Source of the DNA: a virus
Taxonomy: Duplodnaviria > Caudoviricetes
Length of the DNA stretch: 60,064 bases
IMG/VR virus record: IMGVR_UViG_3300043449_001984
Location: 1 to 60,064 of that record
Reading direction: 5' to 3' (one strand)
In this document: piece after piece, positions 6,873 through 12,616 of the stretch
Layout: each line of letters begins with the position of its first letter
How positions within the stretch are numbered: the first letter of the stretch is position 1
Position numbers and translations under genes: made by a program
The notes under the pieces: model-generated
What the model was told of the DNA's origin: nothing
The model's input: the letters and a program-made list of their open reading frames with translations, nothing else
Database searches by the model: none

Positions 6873-6930
6873 TCAACTACAAAACTATCATAACTCATCA
6901 TTCAGCGAAAGTAAAGTTTTTTATTTTCGC
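6871..6930 (-). repeat. 60-bp promoter cassette, copy 2 (drives tmRNA-like RNA)
   Basis: TTTACT-17 nt-TATGAT; near copy of 6724-6783. Confidence 0.75.
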
Positions 6931-6931
6931 G

Positions 6932-7075
6932 AAAAGAGGACCGTCGCCAGAGGAACTTAATTCCCATCTCTTACGAGAACCCCGGTCAGAGTGGTATTAA
7001 ATGACCCCACCCACTGCTCATACGCAATCCTTCAAGGTCTATCGGATGCGCTTTCTTCTTCAGATTTCAAACTAT
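6932..7075 (-). ncRNA. GC-rich structured transcript, possibly containing an 11-codon ORF (6986-7021)
   Basis: Stems CGCATCC/GGATTGCG, AGTGG/CCACT, TCTC-GTAA-GAGA, GACCG/CGGTC; own promoter upstream. Confidence 0.45.
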
Positions 7076-7081
7076 AGAGTT

Positions 7082-7109
7082 ATTATACCTAACTCTTTGC
7101 GAAAGTCAA
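7082..7109 (-). promoter_or_regulatory. sigma70-type promoter
   Basis: TTGACT-16 nt-TATAAT. Confidence 0.7.
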
Positions 7110-7432
7110 GAACTTTTTAATTTCTCAATATCATCAGAATCTTTTATGTGGTGATCTGTGTGCATCGCCGGAGATCCTTCTATTTTTCCGCTATAATGAG
7201 CAACAGAAGCCATCAACTTTCCACCATCATTTCTAAAATTAAATTCTTTGTTTTTGTGTTGACCCATTGCATTATGAGGTAGGACATATTCCCCATTGCT
7301 GTATTTGGTATCAACATTACCTCTTGGAAAGTGTTTTCTAATTATATCTCTTTGTGGTTCTGTTAAATGTAAATATTCTTTTGTCTCTTTTTTCTTACCA
7401 AACCACTCATTAAATTGTTTAAACGTTTTCAT
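7106..7432 (-). CDS. putative internal head protein
   Basis: Capsid-targeting-like N-terminus MKTFKQFNE; GAGG RBS. Confidence 0.6.
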   Translation of the reverse strand: MKTFKQFNEWFGKKKETKEYLHLTEPQRDIIRKHFPRGNVDTKYSNGEYVLPHNAMGQHKNKEFNFRNDGGKLMASVAHYSGKIEGSPAMHTDHHIKDSDDIEKLKSS

Positions 7433-7499
7433 TAAACTATACCTCTTTTATATAAAGAAAGTATTTATTTTTTTTGGTACAAAAAATAAAAAAATAATT

Positions 7500-7574
7500 T
7501 GGAGTGCGCGACAGGATTCAAACCTGCATAAAACGAACTTGCAAATCGCTACCTAATCATTCGGTCACGCGCAC
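7500..7574 (-). tRNA. trnC: tRNA-Cys(GCA)
   Basis: GCGAT-TT GCA AG-TTCGT; U discriminator; CCA end. Confidence 0.85.
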
Positions 7575-7581
7575 ATTAAAT

Positions 7582-7655
7582 TGGAGCTCCTAGCAGGTTA
7601 CGATCCTGCGTTTCCGTTATACCAAAACGGTAGTCTTCCATTGACTTATAAGAGC
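7582..7655 (-). tRNA. trnT: tRNA-Thr(GGT); 5' half overlaps the nuclease CDS
   Basis: CCGTT-TT GGT AT-AACGG; CCA end. Confidence 0.85.
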
Positions 7656-8339
7656 ATTAATTTTATCCCATTCAAGATTATGTTTATCTAAAACGAACAC
7701 TTTTATACTATTTCTTTTTTCGGATTCTGATATTTTAATTTTATCTTTTTCAATCAAGAAATCGTTTTTTGGGTCTAAATAAACATCAAATTCTGTCAAA
7801 TAGAAATCTGGATAATACTTATTACCAGAATCATTCCAGACAAATCCAACCTTTGGTCTTTCCCATTTTATATTATTTTCGTCTAATGATTTTGCGGTAA
7901 TAATTTCAAAATTTGAATCAAACCAAATATCTTTGTAATATTTTCCTTTATTTGGATGGGGTCTATATCCCCCCAAATTTCGTTCTTTAGCAGCAACAGA
8001 TAATCTTTGTAATCCATCTTTTGTGAATTTTCTTTCGCCTCTCTCAATAGAGAGAATATTTGCTTCTCCTGTTGTTCTAGTTTTTAGATCTAATTTCGTA
8101 ATTGTTCCCAATGAAACATTATAATGTGTTGCCAACTTTCTGAGCGAAAGACCTGAATCATATAATTCTTGCGCTTCAATTTTATCTATATTTTTTGGAC
8201 CATAAACGTTTCGTACATTATTTAATTTTAATTTAAAGATAACATTAACCGAAACATCAAAATGATTCGCCAATTTTTTAAACGAAAATCCAGAATCATA
8301 TAATTCTTGCGCTTCAATTTTATCTATATTTTTAGACAT
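7617..8339 (-). CDS. putative homing endonuclease: tandem HTH repeats + PD-(D/E)xK nuclease
   Basis: Two KNIDKIEAQELYDSG repeats; FDSNFE...YYPDFYL...VYLDPK; GGAGG RBS and late promoter. Confidence 0.75.
   Translation of the reverse strand: MSKNIDKIEAQELYDSGFSFKKLANHFDVSVNVIFKLKLNNVRNVYGPKNIDKIEAQELYDSGLSLRKLATHYNVSLGTITKLDLKTRTTGEANILSIERGERKFTKDGLQRLSVAAKERNLGGYRPHPNKGKYYKDIWFDSNFEIITAKSLDENNIKWERPKVGFVWNDSGNKYYPDFYLTEFDVYLDPKNDFLIEKDKIKISESEKRNSIKVFVLDKHNLEWDKINALISQWKTTVLV
8155..8333. repeat. 41-bp exact direct repeat (8155-8195, 8293-8333)
   Basis: gaatcatataattcttgcgcttcaattttatctatattttt twice; encodes the duplicated HTH. Confidence 0.9.
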
Positions 8340-8355
8340 ACGTACCTCCTATTAT

Positions 8356-8363
8356 TATTTATA
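8356..8363 (-). promoter_or_regulatory. T4-type late promoter
   Basis: TATAAATA 16 nt upstream of the nuclease ATG. Confidence 0.7.
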
Positions 8364-8366
8364 AAA

Positions 8367-8399
8367 AAGGTTGCGTTCTACCATTTCTACTATAGGAGC
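8367..8399 (-). pseudogene. orphan 5' half of a tRNA-Thr
   Basis: GCTCCTA-TA-GTAGAAATGGTAGAAC-GCAACCTT; GCTCCTA pairs perfectly with TAGGAGC of the tRNA at 7582. Confidence 0.7.
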
Positions 8400-8406
8400 A
8401 ATAAAT

Positions 8407-8484
8407 TGGTGCCCTCGGTCAGATTCGAACTGACACTTTACGGCTTCTAAAACCGCTCACTCTACCAGATTGGTGTACAAGGGC
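8407..8484 (-). tRNA. trnL: tRNA-Leu(TAG), short variable loop
   Basis: GCGGT-TT TAG AA-GCCGT; A discriminator; CCA end. Confidence 0.85.
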
Positions 8485-8486
8485 GT

Positions 8487-8574
8487 TGGCGGAAAACTGA
8501 GGTCTCGATCCCCAAACCCGTGCGAGTTCAACAGGATTAGCAATCCGTTCCAGATCCCATCTGGTTAGTTTTCC
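8487..8574 (-). tRNA. trnS: tRNA-Ser(GCT)
   Basis: GGA-TT GCT AA-TCC; long variable arm; G discriminator; CCA end. Confidence 0.85.
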
Positions 8575-8589
8575 CTTGACTATGTTTAT

Positions 8590-8617
8590 ATCTTACTACA
8601 CTTTTCAAAAAAGTAAA
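8590..8617 (-). promoter_or_regulatory. sigma70-type internal promoter
   Basis: TTTACT-16 nt-TAAGAT. Confidence 0.5.
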
Positions 8618-8618
8618 G

Positions 8619-8708
8619 TGGCGGAAGCGGTAGGATTTGAACCCACGGAGGTATTACCCTCGACAGTTTTCAAGACTGTTCCAATAAACCAGACTCTGGC
8701 ACACTTCC
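8619..8708 (-). tRNA. trnS: tRNA-Ser(TGA)
   Basis: ACAGT-CT TGA AA-ACTGT; long variable arm; CCA end. Confidence 0.95.
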
Positions 8709-8715
8709 ATTAAAT

Positions 8716-8797
8716 TGGCATCGCAGAGAGGATTCGAACCCCCATTTTCAGTCCAATTACCTTTTTCTTGGGTCGTAACCAAGAGGGATACTGCGAT
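8716..8797 (-). tRNA. non-canonical tRNA-Arg(ACG) without a normal D-arm
   Basis: ATCGCAG/CTGCGAT-G-CCA; TCTTGG-TT ACG AC-CCAAGA only 6 nt after acceptor; GGTAATTGGA in variable region; canonical T-arm. Confidence 0.7.
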
Positions 8798-8806
8798 ATT
8801 ATAAAT

Positions 8807-8881
8807 TGGTAGTTGGGGAGAATTTCGAAATCTCGACCTTCGCTTTGTAAGAGCGATACTCTGCCTCTGAGTTACCCAACT
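8807..8881 (-). tRNA. trnV: tRNA-Val(TAC)
   Basis: TCGCT-CT TAC AA-AGCGA; CCA end. Confidence 0.92.
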
Positions 8882-8888
8882 AAAATTC

Positions 8889-8988
8889 TTGATACAGGGA
8901 ACGCTCGACCGATCGTTTTAGGACACTTGTTATTGGTTAGCATATAGCAACAAGGTTATGTATCAAAGGTCGCCCGAAGGTTAGACCT
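8889..8988 (-). ncRNA. structured RNA between tRNA-Phe and tRNA-Val
   Basis: AGGTC..cTTCGg..GACCT hairpin; TTGATACA/TGTATCAA stem enclosing CTTGTTG/TAACAAG and AACG/CGTT arms. Confidence 0.55.
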
Positions 8989-8992
8989 AAAT

Positions 8993-9067
8993 TGGTGCCG
9001 CCGAATGGTAACGATCCATCCTCCAGGGATTTTCAGTCCCTTGCTAATCCATCTCAGCTACAGCGGC
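8993..9067 (-). tRNA. trnF: tRNA-Phe(GAA)
   Basis: AGGGA-CT GAA AA-TCCCT; CCA end. Confidence 0.92.
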
Positions 9068-9069
9068 TT

Positions 9070-9144
9070 TGGGGTGGTTAACGGGTATCGATCCCGTGCG
9101 TACACTTTCACAGAGTGTGATGCTACCATTACATCATAACCACC
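9070..9144 (-). tRNA. trnH: tRNA-His(GTG)
   Basis: ACACT-CT GTG AA-AGTGT; G-1:C73; CCA end. Confidence 0.92.
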
Positions 9145-9152
9145 ATAAAATT

Positions 9153-9226
9153 TGGTTTCGGGACATGGACTCGAACCACGATTCACAGAGTCAAAGTCTG
9201 TTGTCCTACCATTAGACGATCCCGAA
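9153..9226 (-). tRNA. trnQ: tRNA-Gln(TTG), first gene of the array
   Basis: ACAGA-CT TTG AC-TCTGT; CCA end. Confidence 0.95.
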
Positions 9227-9240
9227 TTAATTTATCCTTT

Positions 9241-9271
9241 TTGTTAAAGAGCTGCGAACTTTTCAGTTCAC
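9241..9271 (-). promoter_or_regulatory. boxB-boxA (rrn-like Nus antitermination site)
   Basis: Hairpin GTGAACT-GAAA-AGTTCGC followed by GCTCTTTAACAA. Confidence 0.75.
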
Positions 9272-9286
9272 TTTCAACTTAGATAT

Positions 9287-9315
9287 AGTTTACGTCGGAA
9301 GCAAAAAATTGTAAA
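9287..9315 (-). promoter_or_regulatory. sigma70-type promoter of the tRNA array
   Basis: TTTACA-17 nt-TAAACT with A-tract upstream. Confidence 0.7.
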
Positions 9316-9365
9316 GCACTTTTTTGTAAACAATTTATTTCCAATCAGTAAACAATCTTACATAA

Positions 9366-9395
9366 TGAAAAAGCCCAGCGGTTTAGACTGGGCTT
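9366..9395 (-). terminator. intrinsic terminator of putative attenuator
   Basis: AAGCCCAG...CTGGGCTT stem running into TTTTTCATT. Confidence 0.85.
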
Positions 9396-9437
9396 GTTAT
9401 TTTTAAACTTATTTTATCTTTTAAAAATGACAAACCC
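9390..9437 (-). promoter_or_regulatory. antiterminator hairpin
   Basis: GGGTTTGTCATTTTTAA (9437-9421) pairs with TTAAAAATAACAAGCCC (9406-9390), 16/17 positions, sequestering the terminator 5' arm. Confidence 0.75.
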
Positions 9438-9543
9438 TCGTTGGCGTTTGGCGGTGACTATTGGTAAAATCGCAATATGTCACCTGCCACGCTTCGGGTG
9501 ACATTGGTAAATTGGAATTAATGAGTTTAAATGTTTTATTCAT
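9421..9543 (-). CDS. putative attenuator leader peptide, 40 aa
   Basis: MNKTFKLINSNLPMSPEAWQVTYCDFTNSHRQTPTRVCHF*; 19 of 20 amino acids; stop codon lies in the antiterminator 5' arm. Confidence 0.7.
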   Translation of the reverse strand: MNKTFKLINSNLPMSPEAWQVTYCDFTNSHRQTPTRVCHF

Positions 9544-9548
9544 ATTTC

Positions 9549-9556
9549 TATTTATA
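9549..9556 (-). promoter_or_regulatory. T4-type late promoter (predicts leaderless leader mRNA)
   Basis: TATAAATA 5 nt before the ATG. Confidence 0.7.
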
Positions 9557-9599
9557 CAAATTTTACACTTTTTTTACGATTTTTTTAACTTTTTTTAAA

Positions 9600-9842
9600 T
9601 TATTTTTCAAAAATCATAACAATATTATCAATTGAGATGATATATTTACCATCACCAACATCAGTTGCCCTATTCCAATCAACCATTGCTTCTTCACCAA
9701 CTGAAATTTCGGTCACATCAGGACCAATTGATTCAATTAAAGCTCTATCCGGATTAAGGGATTCTCTGAGAATAATTCCAGATTCAGTTTCTAGATTTGG
9801 TTTTACGCGACTAACAAGAACATTATTTTTTGTAGGTTTCAT
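9600..9842 (-). CDS. groES: GroES-like co-chaperonin
   Basis: MKP..NNVLV...ETESGIIL...IGPDV..ISVGE. Confidence 0.8.
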   Translation of the reverse strand: MKPTKNNVLVSRVKPNLETESGIILRESLNPDRALIESIGPDVTEISVGEEAMVDWNRATDVGDGKYIISIDNIVMIFEK

Positions 9843-9872
9843 ATTATTAATTATATAGTTTGTTTAGAAAGA

Positions 9873-9894
9873 TTGGGGAGCCGAAACTCCCCAA
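9873..9894. terminator. GC-rich hairpin after the 9915 gene
   Basis: TTGGGGAG/CTCCCCAA stem; weak U-tract. Confidence 0.5.
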
Positions 9895-9914
9895 GTAATT
9901 ATATAGTAATCAAG

Positions 9915-10826
9915 TTACATCCATTTTCCGCCGCCAGAACTTGGATCCTTCTTCAACGCAGAAGAAGAAAGTCTTGGTGGGGAAGCTGGCTTTGGAGCGG
10001 AAGCAACTGGTTTTGTTGGTTCTCCGCCAAGTTTAGCAATATTACTATGAATTTGTGAACTTGTCATACCACCTTTAGAAATTGGTCTTTCCATTCTTCC
10101 GGAAGGAGCAATCTTATTTAAAGAAGATACAGTTTTTCCAGTAGATTTTGTTAAATCAGAAGTTGCAGATTTCATTCTAGCAGCACTTCCTTTTAGATCG
10201 TTGATATAACCTTGATCTAACTTAGGTGATTGTTGAACTGGTTTAGTAACTGGAGTAACAACTTTTGGAATTGTTTTTGGTGCAGATTTTGCAACAGAAG
10301 CATCGCTTTTAACGTTACTTTGTCCAGTACTTGATTTAGGAATAATTGGCTTTGTAGAATTACTTGTTACTGGTCTTGGCGAAGACTTAGCAGAAGTATC
10401 AATCGGTTTTGGAGGTGTCATTTGTTTCGGTTTAGCTGATGTTTTATCGCCACCTCTCAATAAATCTAAAGGTTTTGCTAAATCAGCTTTTGCTGCAGCG
10501 GTAGTTTTTGGTCCCCATTTACCATCAACCTTCAAATTAGCACCGCCTAAATTTAATCCACTCTGCACAGCTTTCACTGCAGTGGATTTAACCTTATCCA
10601 AAAAAGAAGGTTCTTTTCCAGCAGCTTCTAATAATTCGTGTATATGATATTCGGAAAGTTCTACTTCATCTCTTTTATAGAGTTCTAAGATGGCTTCTGC
10701 AACAATTTCATTACTGTTATTTTCATCATTAGCAATGTTATATAGCACATCGCTAGGCATATTTTCCAACTGATTATCTGTATTATCATTTACAGATTCT
10801 GATATGAATTTTGAATATGATTTCAT
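9915..10826 (-). CDS. late protein: capsid-targeting N-terminus, peptidoglycan-binding motif, K/P/S/T-rich tail
   Basis: MKSYSKFISE; VKAVQSGL...LKVDGKWGPKTTAA (PG_binding_1-like); TATAAATA at 10849-10856. Confidence 0.6.
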   Translation of the reverse strand: MKSYSKFISESVNDNTDNQLENMPSDVLYNIANDENNSNEIVAEAILELYKRDEVELSEYHIHELLEAAGKEPSFLDKVKSTAVKAVQSGLNLGGANLKVDGKWGPKTTAAAKADLAKPLDLLRGGDKTSAKPKQMTPPKPIDTSAKSSPRPVTSNSTKPIIPKSSTGQSNVKSDASVAKSAPKTIPKVVTPVTKPVQQSPKLDQGYINDLKGSAARMKSATSDLTKSTGKTVSSLNKIAPSGRMERPISKGGMTSSQIHSNIAKLGGEPTKPVASAPKPASPPRLSSSALKKDPSSGGGKWM

Positions 10827-10848
10827 CTTTACTTCCTACAAATAAAAG

Positions 10849-10856
10849 TATTTATA
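10849..10856 (-). promoter_or_regulatory. T4-type late promoter
   Basis: TATAAATA. Confidence 0.65.
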
Positions 10857-11004
10857 AAAGATGATATTTTTGAATAAAATACACAAGAACCTCATACCAA
10901 GCATATATCGGAAAAATAACAGCTATCAAGAAAAGCCATCCTTTAGCTAAATAGATACCCATCAACCAAGCAATAATACCAAATAAAGTTAATAGTTCTC
11001 TCAT
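10852..11004 (-). CDS. small membrane protein, 50 aa
   Basis: Hand-translated MRELLTLFGIIAWLMGIYLAKGWLFLIAVIFPIYAW...; ATGA overlap with upstream gene. Confidence 0.65.
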   Translation of the reverse strand: MRELLTLFGIIAWLMGIYLAKGWLFLIAVIFPIYAWYEVLVYFIQKYHLL

Positions 11005-11195
11005 TCTTGCAAAAACTCAAGCAATTTAATCCCAGTATGGGTTAATCGGATACAAGATTTATCCGGGAAAACAAAATCTTCTTCTGGTAAATTAGAAACA
11101 GGTTTACCTTGATTTTCTAAAATGACGGATAACGCTTCTCCATAAGAAAAAGGTTTATTTACAAGGTTAGTATAAATTGATTTAGACGTATTCAT
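11001..11195 (-). CDS. hypothetical protein
   Basis: ORF overlapping both neighbours. Confidence 0.55.
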   Translation of the reverse strand: MNTSKSIYTNLVNKPFSYGEALSVILENQGKPVSNLPEEDFVFPDKSCIRLTHTGIKLLEFLQE

Positions 11196-11325
11196 TGTAA
11201 TTCTTCAAATAATGTTTTTTGTTTTTACGGGATGGATCGAATTTATCATCCGACTTTACTTTCTTCTTTCTTTTAGATTCAATTGGATCAAAATCTTTAA
11301 AGTTTTTAAGTTTTTTACTGTTCAT
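11182..11325 (-). CDS. small basic protein, 47 aa
   Basis: Hand-translated MNSKKLKNFKDFDP...NEYV; fills gap and overlaps neighbours. Confidence 0.55.
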   Translation of the reverse strand: MNSKKLKNFKDFDPIESKRKKKVKSDDKFDPSRKNKKHYLKNYNEYV

Positions 11326-11758
11326 TTTTCTCTGGTAGTAGTCCTGGAAACACTTCGTTAATTAAATTATAAGTCAAACCTTTTGTTTTTAGGTCTTTCT
11401 TAAGCATATTTACAAACACTTTTGCCTCGGTTGGCTCAAACGATTCTAATACTTGATTCAATAAAACATTTCTTTTTTCCTCCGACAATTTATCAGCAAT
11501 TTCATTTCCTTTAATAAACATATAAACCCTTTTGAGTTCTGACTGAATATCAGAAAAACTGATTCCAGGAGCAGTATCATTTGGCTCAATATAATCTTTC
11601 GGGAAATCTTTTACGTAGAATTCAATTCTTGGATCATAAGCATATACTAACATTTGTTTGAACCAAGGAGTCGCATTTTCCATCATAATTCTTTTCTTTT
11701 CATTTTTTGAATCAGTAGAATTGATCTCATTCAAAATTTCGTACATAAATTTTTTCAT
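11315..11758 (-). CDS. conserved T4-like hypothetical protein (DUF6433-like)
   Basis: YEIL...K.EK...YDP...LE..EP.EA...KK.L...GLT...FPGL pattern; lies next to rnh. Confidence 0.6.
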   Translation of the reverse strand: MKKFMYEILNEINSTDSKNEKKRIMMENATPWFKQMLVYAYDPRIEFYVKDFPKDYIEPNDTAPGISFSDIQSELKRVYMFIKGNEIADKLSEEKRNVLLNQVLESFEPTEAKVFVNMLKKDLKTKGLTYNLINEVFPGLLPEKNEQ

Positions 11759-11760
11759 TT

Positions 11761-12606
11761 TTAAAACTCATCTATAACTTCAAGTAAATTAATTAACTTC
11801 TTTTCAACCATATATTTATACAATTTTTGTCTACTAGAAGGTTCCGATTCATCGTATTCTTTGACAATATTTAATCTAATATCTTCAGGTATATTATCAA
11901 AATTAATTAGAGTATCGTTTCTACAATAATTACGATAAACTTCATCATCAAAACAAATTCTAGGATCTTGCTCCAACCATTCTATCAATTTCTTATTTGA
12001 CACAGGCGATTGTCTTCTACCAGTAACAAATACATCATCATTAGAAAATGTATTTGGAATACCGTCTCCAGAATCTCCCCTAATAATTTTTTCTTTTAGA
12101 TCCTTAATAGGATTCTTTGAAGTAACATAAACTCCTAACATTGGATTGTATTGTTTTACGTTAGGATATTTTTGTAATTGTACAAAATCTTTATCCGACG
12201 ATAAAATCAAAATCTTTTCGTGCGCACTAAGTCTAGGAGTAAGAGTTCCTATAATATCATCCGCTTCAGCGCCATCAACTTCAATAACTTTATAAGGAAA
12301 ATGATCCTTTAGATCTTGTTTAATTCCATTCAATGCTTTGAATATTATATTCCAATCAAGTGGAGATTTTTCTCTTGCAGCTTTCCTGTGAGCCTTATAA
12401 TGGGGGAATACTTGTTTTCTCCAATAAGTTCTAGAATCACAACAAAGAATAACTTCTCCATATTCGCCTTTAAACTTCTTGGCGTTTGCCCTAATAGAAT
12501 TAAGAGCAATATGTCTAATTAAATCTTCTTCAATTGATTGTTTAGGATTCACTTGAGCCAATACAGACGAAATCATTACTTGGTTCAAATCCACCAAAAT
12601 AGCCAT
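11761..12606 (-). CDS. rnh: T4 RNase H (5'-3' exonuclease)
   Basis: ILVDLNQ, YWRK..FPHYKA.R, EADDIIG, SSDKDFVQLQ, GDSGDGIPN. Confidence 0.95.
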   Translation of the reverse strand: MAILVDLNQVMISSVLAQVNPKQSIEEDLIRHIALNSIRANAKKFKGEYGEVILCCDSRTYWRKQVFPHYKAHRKAAREKSPLDWNIIFKALNGIKQDLKDHFPYKVIEVDGAEADDIIGTLTPRLSAHEKILILSSDKDFVQLQKYPNVKQYNPMLGVYVTSKNPIKDLKEKIIRGDSGDGIPNTFSNDDVFVTGRRQSPVSNKKLIEWLEQDPRICFDDEVYRNYCRNDTLINFDNIPEDIRLNIVKEYDESEPSSRQKLYKYMVEKKLINLLEVIDEF

Positions 12607-12616
12607 AATTTATTTC

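Noticed and set aside
6790-7075. Full-length or permuted tmRNA gene
   Set aside because: No ANDxxY/ALAA-type tag frame or pseudoknot series; a promoter cassette separates the two RNA segments
8407-8484. tRNA with TAG anticodon as an amber suppressor / sign of recoding
   Set aside because: Anticodon UAG reads Leu CUA; no CTA, TTA or TCA anticodons seen, and core genes read intact in the standard code
1520-9226. tRNA-associated HDV-like (theta) ribozymes
   Set aside because: No nested double pseudoknot found starting at a tRNA 3' end; nearly all tRNAs encode CCA followed by short AT spacers (by eye only)
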